Positions 25,105-37,340 of a DNA stretch of 64,000 nt are shown here, piece by piece. The notes below the pieces were generated by a model. That model did not search any database, was not told the DNA's origin, and was given only the letters and a program-made list of their open reading frames with translations. The translations under genes were made by a program, and so were the position numbers. The stretch's first letter is position 1; every line of letters begins with the position of its first letter. The stretch comes from Trichloromonas sp. (GTDB lineage: Bacteria > Desulfobacterota > Desulfuromonadia > Desulfuromonadales > Trichloromonadaceae), in NCBI GenBank assembly GCA_034002365.1, contig JAVFAR010000003.1, positions 490 through 64,489 of the forward strand. Direction: 5' to 3'.

Positions 25105-25130
25105 CTGTCTAACCTTTGGCTGTCGATGAT

Positions 25131-27186
<2,056 letters not shown>

Positions 27187-27190
<4 letters not shown>

Positions 27191-27789
27191 TGTAATTCTC
27201 CCACCTTCTTCATGTATTCATCGACGAGACGGTTCTGATCGTTGCTGTTGAAGTTCTTTTTCAGCAGTTCCTCGGCCAGCTTCAGAGCCATGTCGCTGGC
27301 TTCCCGCTGTAATTCGATGCGGGCTTTGGCGATTTCAAGGGCGGCGGACTTCTTCGCCTCCTCTTCGATCTTGAGCGCCATCTCACGGGCGTTAGCGAGG
27401 ATGCGTTCCCGCTCCAACTCCCCTTCGCGCTTGATGGCGGCGTAAATGCCGTCGATTTCCGCCGAGGCCTGGGTCAGCTTGTTGTCGTACTCGGCGAACT
27501 TCGCTTCGGCCCTCTCTTGGGCGGCCTTGGCTTCGGCGAGGGATTTTTCAATTCCTTCTTTTCGTCCGGCCAGTCCCTTACGAATCGGCTTGGTTACAAA
27601 GTACGCCAGCAGTCCGAAGGTGACGGCGAAATTGAACAGGCGATACAGAAAATCCTTGAGCAGCACACCGCTGTCGACAGGGTGCCCCTCACCGCCGGCG
27701 GCGAAAACCGTGGCAGACGTCGCCCCCACTAAAAGAACGGCAAGAATGCCGGTCAGCTTCGTTTTCATGCGAACCCCCTTGACGTTCAT
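27187..27789 (-). CDS. atpF: ATP synthase b subunit
   Basis: TM helix followed by an Ala/Glu/Lys coiled coil; operon position. Confidence 0.9.
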
Positions 27790-28215
27790 TTACACCGCCC
27801 TCCCGAGAATCTTGGAGGCAATCTGCGAAGCCAGGGCATTCGCTTCCTTTTTCAGAACCTTGGCGGCAGCCTCAGCTTCCCCGGCAACCCGCGTCTTGAT
27901 TTCCTGAAGCTGTGCGGAGGCCTTGTTCTGCGCCTGGGTCAGAATAGTCGCTTCTTCGGCGGCGGCCGCCTTGCGCATTTCGGCACGCTCTTCATTCCCT
28001 TTGATCTTGGCGGCCTGCAGCTGCTGCTGATAACGCTCCATCTTTTCATTGATCAAGGTTTCCAGCTCCTTGGCCCGGGCGTGAGAGCCGTCGATGGTTT
28101 CACGACGGTGGTTGAGCATGCCGCGCAGAGGGCGGTAGAGAATGAAGTTCAGCGCCGCCATCAGGATGAAGAAGTTGGCGAACTGAAGCCAGATTGTCCA
28201 ATCGACTTTGATCAC
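27790..28215 (-). CDS. ATP synthase b' subunit
   Basis: GTG start; QFANF..L...LN..LYRPL followed by a coiled coil. Confidence 0.88.
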   Translation of the reverse strand: MIKVDWTIWLQFANFFILMAALNFILYRPLRGMLNHRRETIDGSHARAKELETLINEKMERYQQQLQAAKIKGNEERAEMRKAAAAEEATILTQAQNKASAQLQEIKTRVAGEAEAAAKVLKKEANALASQIASKILGRAV

Positions 28216-28436
28216 TGCACACCCCTTGTTTGAGCCTTGAGATAAAGAAGCCGGTTCGGAACGCAATCTTTCGAACCGGTTGATTAAAAATCCAGCCTAG
28301 CCAGGAAGTAAAACAGGCCATTGCTATCACAGGAGATCCAGGACTGTCAAGCCTCTTTACTTGGAACCCGCGGCTTTTTTGGTTTTTTTTACGTGAAAAT
28401 CCTGGCTGGACCACGGCACTGTCAGGAAGATTGTTC

Positions 28437-28823
28437 TCAGATCGATTTTGAGGCCTCGCCAGAACTCATTGACAGTGTCCCATTAAGAATAACACCCGCC
28501 TCCATCATCAGGACGGGGGTTTCAAGAGATCCGTCGACCTGGGCGGGTGCTCGCAGTTCCACCTTGTTCAGCACCTTGATATTTCCGTGCAGTTTACCGC
28601 TGACAATCAGCGTTCCAACGGAAATTTCTCCCTGGATATCCGCCCCGGGGCCGATGATGAGAATGTCCCGCGATTGGATTTCACCACGAAAAACGCCGTC
28701 GATACGCACGATTTCATCAAACACCAATTTCCCCTCAAACTGGCTCCCCGGACCCAGGAAGGCTTTGATATCACTTTTTTCCACGGGGTTTTCCTTACGC
28801 ATGCGGTCTTTGTTCCTTCCGAT
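28437..28823 (-). CDS. Bactofilin (polymer-forming cytoskeletal protein)
   Basis: FLGPGSQFEGKL, RIDG.F.GEI, beta-helix repeats ending EAGVILNG. Confidence 0.9.
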   Translation of the reverse strand: MGRNKDRMRKENPVEKSDIKAFLGPGSQFEGKLVFDEIVRIDGVFRGEIQSRDILIIGPGADIQGEISVGTLIVSGKLHGNIKVLNKVELRAPAQVDGSLETPVLMMEAGVILNGTLSMSSGEASKSI

Positions 28824-28843
28824 CATCAACACACAAATGCTCC

Positions 28844-29692
28844 TCAGGCGACCCCGAGAAATTCCAACAGCCGATTCAGTTCCTCCGGGGAGTAAAAAGC
28901 GATCTCGATCTTCCCTCCCTTGCCATGGCTGTTGATTTTCACCTGGGTTCCCAAGACCTTTTTCAGCTCTCCTTCAAGGTGCTGCAACTGCGGATTAACC
29001 TGGGGCTTTTTCCTTGCCTTGACGGGGCTGCCAAAACTTTTGATCTTCTTTACCAGGGCTTCCGTTTCACGGACCGACAGTCTCTTCTGTACCACCTGGT
29101 CCCGGGCTTCAAGCAGATCCTCGTCATTATCCAGAGAGAGCAGAGCGCGGGCATGGCCCATGCTTAACCGTGCCTGCATGACATCCTCCCGCACCCCTTC
29201 CGGCAATCTCAGCAGGCGCAGGGAATTGGCGACGGTGGAACGATCCTTACCCACGCGCCGGGCCATCTCCTCCTGGGAAAAGTCGAAGTTTTCCATGAGG
29301 TTCCGGTAGGCTTCGGCCTCTTCAATGGGGTTCAGGTCTTCCCGTTGGATGTTTTCGATGAGCGCCATCTCCAGCGCCCAATCCTCGGAAACATCCTGAA
29401 TAACCACGGGAATTTCCCGCAGACCGGCCTTTTGCGAGGCCCGCCAGCGGCGTTCGCCGGCGATGATCTGATAATGGTCATCGACCTGGCGGACTACCAG
29501 GGGCTGAATCACGCCCTTTTCCCGGATAGAGGCGACCAGTTCCGCCATCTTTTCATCGTTGAAGGTTTTCCGGGGCTGCTGGCTGTGAGGCCGTAATTCC
29601 TCGATAGGACAAAGGAAATACTTCCGTCCTTCCTGGGTGGCGGAATTCAGGAGAGCGCCGATGCCTTTGCCGAGCGCGGGTCGTTTTGCCAT
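28844..29692 (-). CDS. parB: Chromosome partitioning protein ParB
   Basis: LGKGIGALL, QPRKTF, IIAGERRWRA, ENIQREDLNPIEEA. Confidence 0.97.
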   Translation of the reverse strand: MAKRPALGKGIGALLNSATQEGRKYFLCPIEELRPHSQQPRKTFNDEKMAELVASIREKGVIQPLVVRQVDDHYQIIAGERRWRASQKAGLREIPVVIQDVSEDWALEMALIENIQREDLNPIEEAEAYRNLMENFDFSQEEMARRVGKDRSTVANSLRLLRLPEGVREDVMQARLSMGHARALLSLDNDEDLLEARDQVVQKRLSVRETEALVKKIKSFGSPVKARKKPQVNPQLQHLEGELKKVLGTQVKINSHGKGGKIEIAFYSPEELNRLLEFLGVA

Positions 29693-29693
29693 A

Positions 29694-30458
29694 TCAATGT
29701 CCTGCTTCGATGATTTCCTTGGCGAGTTCCAAATAGGCCTGCGCTCCCCGTGAAGCGATGTCGTAAAGCAGCACCGGCAGACCATGGCTCGGGGCCTCGG
29801 AAAGGCGGACGTTGCGGGGGATCACGGAGGTAAAAACCTGATCGCCAAAATGGGAGCGGATTTCTTCACTGACCTGATGGGATAAATTGTTGCGACCATC
29901 AAACATGGTCAGAAGTATGCCCAGTACTTTCAGTTCGGGATTGAGCTGCTTTTGAATCAGCCGGATGGTCTTCATCAACTGACTCAACCCCTCCATGGCA
30001 TAGAACTCACACTGCAGGGGGATCAGCACTGAATCGGCGGCGGTCAGAGCGTTAACGGTCAGCAGGCCGAGGGAAGGGGGGCAGTCGATGATGATGTAAT
30101 CATATTCGGCACTAATCTGCCCCAAAACCTCTCGCAACTTTCCTTCGCGGGCAAAGGCCGAGACGAGTTCGATTTCCGCGCCGATCAGATCGGTGTTGGA
30201 GGGCAGAATATCGAGATGTTCAAGGTTGGAGCGGACCCGGACTTCCTGGGCGGAAGCATCCCCGAGCAAGGCGTGGTAGACGGTCAATTCCTGGCCGCAT
30301 TTATCGATACCGACACCGCTGCAGGCATTGGCCTGGGGATCTATATCAACCAGCAGGGTCCGTTTTTCCGCGGCGGCGAGCGAGGCGGCCAGATTGACGG
30401 CTGTGGTCGTCTTACCCACTCCCCCCTTCTGGTTAGCTACCGCGATGATTCGTGCCAT
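29694..30458 (-). CDS. parA: Chromosome partitioning ATPase ParA/Soj
   Basis: NQKGGVGKTTT, DIDPQAN, DCPPSLG, IPRNVRLSEAPSHG. Confidence 0.97.
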   Translation of the reverse strand: MARIIAVANQKGGVGKTTTAVNLAASLAAAEKRTLLVDIDPQANACSGVGIDKCGQELTVYHALLGDASAQEVRVRSNLEHLDILPSNTDLIGAEIELVSAFAREGKLREVLGQISAEYDYIIIDCPPSLGLLTVNALTAADSVLIPLQCEFYAMEGLSQLMKTIRLIQKQLNPELKVLGILLTMFDGRNNLSHQVSEEIRSHFGDQVFTSVIPRNVRLSEAPSHGLPVLLYDIASRGAQAYLELAKEIIEAGH

Positions 30459-30652
30459 ATGGTTTTCTCCTTGGGCTGGGCCGGAACGCAGAACTTACCA
30501 TAACCCCCTTATCCAGCAAAGGAAAAACTGTTTTAGACGGATCAGTTCGGGATTATCAGCAGATATGGGAGAGTATCCGCCACCTGACACTATATATTGT
30601 AGCCCACCAAGGACCATCCCTGATTGTGTCTGTTGTTTCTTTTCAGTCCCCT

Positions 30653-31309
30653 TTAAATTCGGCGAAAAAGAAGGATTTGCCGCTCTCCGGCAGCGAGCGG
30701 CAAGGAGAATCTATGTAAGGCTTCAAACTCCAACCCGAGTTCACGCAGAAATTTCTCATCCATGCGCAGTTCCCGGTCCCCCTCCGGCCCCTTCATCGCG
30801 AGCAAACGCCCTTCTCGGCTCAGACAGGGATGAGCGAGACGGGCAAAATCCCTGATTGAGGCAAAAGCCCGGGAGAGGATCACATCAAAACCACCGTCAA
30901 AATCACTCCACCGGGGCAGATCCTCCATACGCAGATGCAGGGGAAGACAGTGATCAAGCCCTAGGCGGCGTACGACATGCCGCTGAAAATGGATTTTTTT
31001 ACCTACAGCATCCACCGTCACCACGTCCCGTGCAGGGTCGACTATCGCCAGGGGAAGTCCGGGAAAACCTCCTCCCGAGCCGACATCGAGAAGACGTTCA
31101 TCAGACTGCAAAAGGGGAACAACCGTAAGGGAGTCCGCCAGATGCTTGACAACGACCTCTTCCAGCAGGCAGATGGAAGTCAGATTGACTTTTTTGTTCC
31201 AGCGCAGCAACTCTTCACCGAGCCAGAGGAGCCGTTCACAGACCTCCGTCGAGAACTCCAGATTCAACTCATCCAGACAACGCTGCAAAAGGGCAAGAGC
31301 ATCACCCAC
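30653..31309 (-). CDS. rsmG: 16S rRNA m7G527 methyltransferase
   Basis: WNKKVNLT, HLADSL, DVGSGGGFPG, SRAF, MKG. Exact start uncertain. Confidence 0.93.
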   Translation of the reverse strand: MGDALALLQRCLDELNLEFSTEVCERLLWLGEELLRWNKKVNLTSICLLEEVVVKHLADSLTVVPLLQSDERLLDVGSGGGFPGLPLAIVDPARDVVTVDAVGKKIHFQRHVVRRLGLDHCLPLHLRMEDLPRWSDFDGGFDVILSRAFASIRDFARLAHPCLSREGRLLAMKGPEGDRELRMDEKFLRELGLEFEALHRFSLPLAAGERQILLFRRI

Positions 31310-33161
31310 GGCGCAACCAAACACTGAGAATGGCGATAGCGGCAGGGGTAATGCCGGGAATACGCGCCGCCTGTCCCAGGGTTAGTGGCCGCCCTCGATG
31401 AAGTTTTTCGCGCACTTCCGCGGTGAGGCCGGGAATTTTTAGGTAATCGAATTCTTCCGGGATAACCACCGATTCCGTTTTGCGAAAACGTTCGATTTCA
31501 TCTTCTTGCCGCTTGATATAACCGGCGTATTTCGTCGCTATCTCCAACTGCTCCAACACCTCGGCGGACATCTCCGCCAAGCGGCTATCGATCTGCGCCA
31601 ATGCACAAATAGTGATTTCTGGGCGGCGCAACAGTTCAGCAAAAGAGCTACCGTTCTTCAACTCGGCCAAACCTAATTTATCCATTGAGCCCTGGTCGGA
31701 AGCGGTGATCCGGGCATCCTGCAAAACCGCCTCCCCCCGGCTCAGCGCCTCCATCTTTTCGCAGTAGATTCGCCAGCGCTCATCGCTGATCAATCCCAGC
31801 TTTCGGCCGATGGGGGTCAAGCGCTGATCGGCATTGTCCTCCCGCAACAGCAAACGATATTCCGCGCGCGAGGTAAACATTCGGTAGGGTTCATTGGTAC
31901 CGCAATTCACCAGGTCGTCTATCATCACCCCGGCATACCCCTGGTCCCGTCCAATCACCAAGGGCGGTTCGCCCCTGACTTTCAATACCGCGTTGACGCC
32001 GGCAACCAACCCCTGGGCCGCAGCCTCTTCGTATCCCGAGGTGCCATTGATCTGACCGGCATGGAAGAGATTCTCGACCCCCTTTGTTTCCAGACTGGGA
32101 TACAACTCCATCGGATCGACGAAATCGTACTCGATGGCATACCCGGGACGCATCATTTCAACATTTTCAAGTCCCGGGATTGAGCGAAGATAGGCCTGCT
32201 GCACATCCGGAGGGAGCGAGGTCGAAACGCCGTTAGGATAGATTTCTCCGCAATCAAGTCCTTCCGGTTCGAGAAAAACCTGATGACGATCCTTTTCCGG
32301 AAAACGCACGACCTTGTCCTCAATCGAAGGACAGTAACGCGCTCCCACGCCTTCGATCACACCACTGTAGAGCGGTGAGCGGTCCAGGCCCCCACGGATC
32401 AGCTCATGGGTGCGGGCATTTGTGTGGGTGATGTAACAGGGAACCTGCTGCTGGGCTATTTTTTTATTCAAGAAGGAAAAAGGGCGCGGCTCCCGATCAC
32501 CGTATTGTGCTTCCAACTGGGAAAAATCGATAGTCCGGCGGTCCAGACGTGCTGGTGTACCGGTCTTCAGTCGTCCGACTCTCAAACCCAACGTGCGCAG
32601 ACAGTCGGAAAGTCCCTCGGAAGCCGGTTCTCCGGCTCGGCCTCCGGGATAGTTATTCAGCCCGACATGAATCAGTCCCCGCATAAAGGTTCCAGTCGTC
32701 AAAACAATCGCGTCCCCGTAAAAAATCAACCCTTCGCGAGTTTCCACTCCCGCCGCTCGATTCTTTTCGACGATCACCCGCGTGACCGCCCCATGCTTCA
32801 AATCAAGCAAGGGATAGCTTTCGACACGGCTTTTCATGCGTGCGGCGTAGAGTCGACGGTCCGCCTGCGCTCGTGAAGAGCGCACCGCCGGACCCTTGCG
32901 GGTATTCAGGATACGAAACTGGATTCCCGTGGCATCAATATTCAAACCCATCTCTCCACCCAGGGCATCCACTTCCTTGACCAGGTGTCCCTTTCCCAGT
33001 CCCCCAATCGCGGGGTTGCAGGACATCTGCCCCACAGCATCGAGACTCATATTCAACAGCAGCGTCCGACATCCCAGCCGCGCCGCGGCCAATGCCGCCT
33101 CACATCCCGCATGTCCGGCACCAACAACGATAACCTGGTATTTTCCAATTCCTGCTGCCAT
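31302..33161 (-). CDS. mnmG: tRNA uridine-5-carboxymethylaminomethyl modification enzyme
   Basis: GAGHAGCEAA, MSCNPAIGG, RYCPSIEDK, GQINGTSGYEEAAAQG. Confidence 0.98.
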   Translation of the reverse strand: MAAGIGKYQVIVVGAGHAGCEAALAAARLGCRTLLLNMSLDAVGQMSCNPAIGGLGKGHLVKEVDALGGEMGLNIDATGIQFRILNTRKGPAVRSSRAQADRRLYAARMKSRVESYPLLDLKHGAVTRVIVEKNRAAGVETREGLIFYGDAIVLTTGTFMRGLIHVGLNNYPGGRAGEPASEGLSDCLRTLGLRVGRLKTGTPARLDRRTIDFSQLEAQYGDREPRPFSFLNKKIAQQQVPCYITHTNARTHELIRGGLDRSPLYSGVIEGVGARYCPSIEDKVVRFPEKDRHQVFLEPEGLDCGEIYPNGVSTSLPPDVQQAYLRSIPGLENVEMMRPGYAIEYDFVDPMELYPSLETKGVENLFHAGQINGTSGYEEAAAQGLVAGVNAVLKVRGEPPLVIGRDQGYAGVMIDDLVNCGTNEPYRMFTSRAEYRLLLREDNADQRLTPIGRKLGLISDERWRIYCEKMEALSRGEAVLQDARITASDQGSMDKLGLAELKNGSSFAELLRRPEITICALAQIDSRLAEMSAEVLEQLEIATKYAGYIKRQEDEIERFRKTESVVIPEEFDYLKIPGLTAEVREKLHRGRPLTLGQAARIPGITPAAIAILSVWLRRG

Positions 33162-33184
33162 ATTATTCTCCTGCCGAAAACACC

Positions 33185-33200
33185 TGTTTCACGTGAAACA
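33185..33200. other. parS centromere-like site (perfect consensus)
   Basis: Palindrome TGTTTCACGTGAAACA between mnmE and mnmG. Confidence 0.92.
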
Positions 33201-33202
33201 TA

Positions 33203-34561
33203 TTACTTCCCAATACAAAATCTTGAGAAAATCCGGTCAAGTATGTTGTCAGGCGTGGTTTTCCCAAGGATCTCACCGAGAGCATCAAGGGCTTCGCGCA
33301 GCTCCAATGCTGGGAATTCGGGAGACAAACCCGCAGCCATTGCGGACTGAAAACGGATAAGGGCTTCGCGAGTTCTTAACAGGGCATCTCGGTGGCGACG
33401 ATCGGAAAAAATCACATCCTGCGCCAAGTCTCCCTGCACAGATCCCCCCAACAAAGAAACGATGGAATCGCGTAAAACCGGTAGCCCCTCACCGGTACGG
33501 CAAGAAAGAAAAACATTAGGCACATGAATAACTTCAGAAGGCAATGGTATTTGAGAAAGATCCGCCTTGTTACAGACGAGAAGGGTTTTCTGATCACGGC
33601 AGGCATTAAAAGCAAGTCGATCCTGCTCGTCAAGGGGGCGACTGCTATCGATTACCAACAAAATCAAATCAGCCGAAGCAGCCTTGGCCCGGGCACGAGC
33701 AACGCCTTCCGCTTCAACGGGATCATCCGTGTCCCGTACCCCGGCCGTATCGATAAGGCGAAGAGGGATGCCGCCAAGAACGAGGGTTTCTTCAATGGTG
33801 TCCCGGGTGGTGCCAGGAATATCGGTTACGATCGCGCGCGCTTCCCCGAGAAGGAGGTTCAGCAGGGAGCTTTTCCCAACATTGGGTTTTCCGAGAATAA
33901 GAACCGACAATCCTTCACGGAGAATCCGACCCATATCGAAATTTTCGAGAAAATTATCGATTCGGCCAAGAAGGTTGTCAGCCTCTTCTTCAAAAAAAGA
34001 AAGCTCGGCAAATTCGATATCCTCTTCCGGGAAGTCGACCAAGGACTCAACATGGGACAAAAGGTCCGCAAGGCGATCGGACATTTCGGCGATGGTACGA
34101 GAAACCCGACCGTCCAGCTGGGCAAGGGCTACCCTTCCGGCCGATTCCGAACGAGCTCGGATTAAATCAATCACCGCTTCCGCCTGTGAAAGATCCAACC
34201 GGCCATTGAGAAAAGCTCGCTGAGTAAACTCACCCGGACCGGCAAGACGGGCGCCGACTTCAAGAAAGGCATCCACGATCTGGCGGATAATCACCATCCC
34301 GCCATGGCAATGAACCTCGACCACATCCTCCCGGGTAAAAGAGTGCGGCGCGCGCATAACCACCACCATCACTTCATCGATGATTTGCCCACCGACGGCA
34401 CGGAGATGGCCCAGGTAAAGGCGATGAGACAGAAGTTTAGCAGGAGGGCGAAGCGCACAAAAAAGTTGATCGAGATAAACTTCTGCGCAAGGGCCGGATA
34501 AACGCACGATGCCGATAGCCCCCTCACCGGGAGCCGTAGCAACAGCAACAATTGTTTCCAT
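33203..34561 (-). CDS. mnmE: tRNA modification GTPase
   Basis: TIVAVAT, GEFTQRAFLNG, GKPNVGKSS, GTTRD, DTAG, NKAD, FCIGK. Confidence 0.97.
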   Translation of the reverse strand: METIVAVATAPGEGAIGIVRLSGPCAEVYLDQLFCALRPPAKLLSHRLYLGHLRAVGGQIIDEVMVVVMRAPHSFTREDVVEVHCHGGMVIIRQIVDAFLEVGARLAGPGEFTQRAFLNGRLDLSQAEAVIDLIRARSESAGRVALAQLDGRVSRTIAEMSDRLADLLSHVESLVDFPEEDIEFAELSFFEEEADNLLGRIDNFLENFDMGRILREGLSVLILGKPNVGKSSLLNLLLGEARAIVTDIPGTTRDTIEETLVLGGIPLRLIDTAGVRDTDDPVEAEGVARARAKAASADLILLVIDSSRPLDEQDRLAFNACRDQKTLLVCNKADLSQIPLPSEVIHVPNVFLSCRTGEGLPVLRDSIVSLLGGSVQGDLAQDVIFSDRRHRDALLRTREALIRFQSAMAAGLSPEFPALELREALDALGEILGKTTPDNILDRIFSRFCIGK

Positions 34562-34681
34562 GGATCGCATCAATTCTGGTTCACACAAATGGTCTAAAAA
34601 CTAAAGTGTAAATGACGTTCCACAAACCCAAAAGCCCGGAAAATCCGGGCCTGGGTGGGTCAAAATAAAAAAGCTGAAAAT

Positions 34682-36286
34682 CTAAGCAGCGGGTTTTTTA
34701 TGAATAATATATTGCTGAAGAATCGTCAGAAGATTATTCACCAGCCAGTAAAGCACCAGACCGGAAGGAAAGTTGAGGAACAAAAAAGTAAAGATAATCG
34801 GCATCAGCATGAAAACTTTAGCCTGGGTCGGGTCCATGGTGCTGGGAGTCAGCTTTTGCTGGATAAACATGGTCGCCCCCATAATCAAAGGGGTGACATA
34901 ATAGGGATCTTTCAAGGAAAGGTCCGTAATCCACAGAGCAAAAGGAGCTTGACGCAACTCAATGGCATCCAACAAGACTTTATAGAGTGCAAAAAAGACG
35001 GGGATCTGTACCACCATCGGCAGACAGCCGCCTAAAGGATTGACCCGATGTGTTTTGTATAACTCCATTAACTCACGATTTTGCCGCTCCCGGTCATTTT
35101 TAAATTTCTCTCGAATTTTTTGCATTTCAGGCTGTAATTTTTGCATTTCCTTCATCGAAGCGTAGGATTTGTGGGTCAGCGGCCAGAAAAGCAATTTGAT
35201 GATCACCGTCAAAAGGATGATAGAGACACCGTAATTACCAAAAAAAGAATAAAAGAATTTAAGAACGTGAAGCAAAGGCTTAGAGATCGGTGTAAAAAAA
35301 CCAAAATCAATCGCTCTGGCCAGATCATAATTAACAGCTTTGAGTATATCGAGATCTCGAGGACCGAAGTAGACGAGAAAATATTGCCGAAGTGTCTGTC
35401 CTACAGCTAAATCACTGGAAGTCGATTCGAAAATATTCCGAACGATACCGGATAGCTGATCAACCTGAACCTTGGCAAGAGAAGCAGATAGGGGAACAAT
35501 CGCATGGATAAAATACTTATTTTCGAAAGCACTCCATTTAACCCCTTCAGCATATTGACGAGGCTCTTTAACCAGGTCTTCGGGATCGTCCGTTTGAATG
35601 TCATCATCAACAAAAGTAACCGGTCCGACAAAAGTAAAACTGTCAGGTTTACTCTCCTTACTCCAGGGTGTAGACAGGATTAGGTTGCTACGTCCCCGTA
35701 GCGGTTGGTCCGAAGCATTGGTGATAAGAAACTGAAGTTGAAAAGGATACTTATCACCGGAAAAAGAATAGATTTTTTCTAAACGAAGCCCATCCGCGCG
35801 TTGATGAAAAAAACGAATTTGGCCTTCATCCTGATTGGACAGAGTTAAATTATCGGTAGATGAATCAATATAAAAGAGCAGATTTTCGGAAAAACCGAAA
35901 CCTTCCATACCGGAAGTTATCAAGGTAGGGTTACCATCAACCAGCGAAACATGAGGAGCATCAGCCTCGGTCTTCTCGCGATAATTCTTTGTCGTAAAAG
36001 AAATCAGAGTTGCGCCGCGGGAAGAAAAAACGGCACGATAAAGATCGTTTTCGACAACGATCTCACGAGCAGGCGCAACATCACCGGGGTTTACCTCGGA
36101 TGATTCAATTGGTACCACACGAGAATTTTCAGGATAAATTGTATCTGAGGGCTGAACATCATCTGTTGTGGCGGTTCCCTGTTGTACATTTTCCGTAATC
36201 GGGGGGGCCGGAGTCATAAAAAAACTGAAAGCGAACCAAACGGCCAGCATCAGCATCAACGCGATTAAGGTATTCTTATTTTCCAT
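34682..36286 (-). CDS. yidC: Membrane protein insertase
   Basis: IDFGFF, GNYGVSII, NPLGGCLP...QIPVF, WITDLS..DPYY. Confidence 0.97.
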   Translation of the reverse strand: MENKNTLIALMLMLAVWFAFSFFMTPAPPITENVQQGTATTDDVQPSDTIYPENSRVVPIESSEVNPGDVAPAREIVVENDLYRAVFSSRGATLISFTTKNYREKTEADAPHVSLVDGNPTLITSGMEGFGFSENLLFYIDSSTDNLTLSNQDEGQIRFFHQRADGLRLEKIYSFSGDKYPFQLQFLITNASDQPLRGRSNLILSTPWSKESKPDSFTFVGPVTFVDDDIQTDDPEDLVKEPRQYAEGVKWSAFENKYFIHAIVPLSASLAKVQVDQLSGIVRNIFESTSSDLAVGQTLRQYFLVYFGPRDLDILKAVNYDLARAIDFGFFTPISKPLLHVLKFFYSFFGNYGVSIILLTVIIKLLFWPLTHKSYASMKEMQKLQPEMQKIREKFKNDRERQNRELMELYKTHRVNPLGGCLPMVVQIPVFFALYKVLLDAIELRQAPFALWITDLSLKDPYYVTPLIMGATMFIQQKLTPSTMDPTQAKVFMLMPIIFTFLFLNFPSGLVLYWLVNNLLTILQQYIIHKKPAA

Positions 36287-36310
36287 GCCAAAACTCCACG
36301 ATAAGAAAAG

Positions 36311-36523
36311 TTAATCAACCGGATCGTAACCACCAGGATGATAGGGATGACAGCGACATATGCGGCGGATAGACATTAATAAACCTTTGCCTAATCCATA
36401 TTTATGAATGGCCTGAAAAGCGTAATCAGAACAACTTGGATAAAAACGACAGGTAGGAGCCTTGAGAGGGGAGATAAAACGGCGATAAAACAGAATCAAA
36501 TTGAGGAAAATATTCTTGAACAT
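36311..36523 (-). CDS. yidD: Membrane protein insertion efficiency factor
   Basis: ISP...[13 protein letters not shown]...GGYDPV. Confidence 0.95.
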   Translation of the reverse strand: MFKNIFLNLILFYRRFISPLKAPTCRFYPSCSDYAFQAIHKYGLGKGLLMSIRRICRCHPYHPGGYDPVD

Positions 36524-36538
36524 GAGTAGTCCGCCATA

Positions 36539-36880
36539 TCAACCTGTCAACAGATGTTTGATTTCAGACTGAACTTCCTCATAACCAAGAGAATGAGATC
36601 CTTTTTTAGCAATTATGGAGAAGTCTACGCAATGTTTAATGACCGGATAATTGATACGAAAAACTTCACGTAATAAACGTTTAACGCGATTACGTTGAAC
36701 GGCCCCACCAACTTTACGGCTAGCAGTTATCCCTAGCCTGGTGGGGCCGATCTTATTTTCCAAAATAATAATGATAAAATGATTCGTATGATATTTTTTT
36801 CCCAGATTCCAGGCATTATTGAATTCCCTCCTTTTTTTCAGACGATAAGAGGAAGGAAATACCAGGGATTCCAATATCAA
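36539..36880 (-). CDS. rnpA: Ribonuclease P protein component
   Basis: RLGITASRKVGGAVQRNRVKR.LRE. Confidence 0.95.
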   Translation of the reverse strand: MILESLVFPSSYRLKKRREFNNAWNLGKKYHTNHFIIIILENKIGPTRLGITASRKVGGAVQRNRVKRLLREVFRINYPVIKHCVDFSIIAKKGSHSLGYEEVQSEIKHLLTG

Positions 36881-36893
36881 CTTTCAAAAAAAA

Positions 36894-37043
36894 TTATTTG
36901 ACCGGGATGCTGACGACCAACCGTTTACGACCCTTGGCCCGACGACGCTTGATCACAATACGCCCATTGGCGGTCTGCATACGCTTCCGGAAACCATGAG
37001 TGCGCTTCCTTTTTACATTACTGGGCTGATAAGTCCGTTTCAT
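36894..37043 (-). CDS. rpmH: 50S ribosomal protein L34
   Basis: Not in the ORF track. [49 protein letters not shown] with RBS AAGGAG. Confidence 0.97.
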   Translation of the reverse strand: MKRTYQPSNVKRKRTHGFRKRMQTANGRIVIKRRRAKGRKRLVVSIPVK

Positions 37044-37340
37044 ATCGATACTCCTTGATTGCTGAATAGTTCCACAAGAGGGGAATTATTAAACATATAG
37101 GGCGGGTAAAGTCAAGAAAATAAAATATTTTGAGTTGATTAAAAATCGGAGACGGAGAGGAACTCCATAAAGACGGCGACAAAAACGTCAGCCAGAAATG
37201 GGTTGCAAAAACCCTGCTCCTCTGTTAATTTTGAAACCTCAGAAAAAAATTAAAAATTTTGTAAATAACTGTTTTGAAAGAAAAAAACAACATATCAACA
37301 GATGTGAACAATTCTGTGGATATTTTCAAGAAAAGAATTC
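37044..37340. promoter_or_regulatory. rpmH-dnaA intergenic region with degenerate DnaA boxes
   Basis: TGTAAATAA (37260), TGTGAACAA (37303), TGTGGATAT (37315); AT-rich. Confidence 0.65.

Noticed and set aside
28385-28400. parS-like TTTTTTACGTGAAAAT
   Set aside because: It has four mismatches and lies in a T-rich tract, too weak to call.
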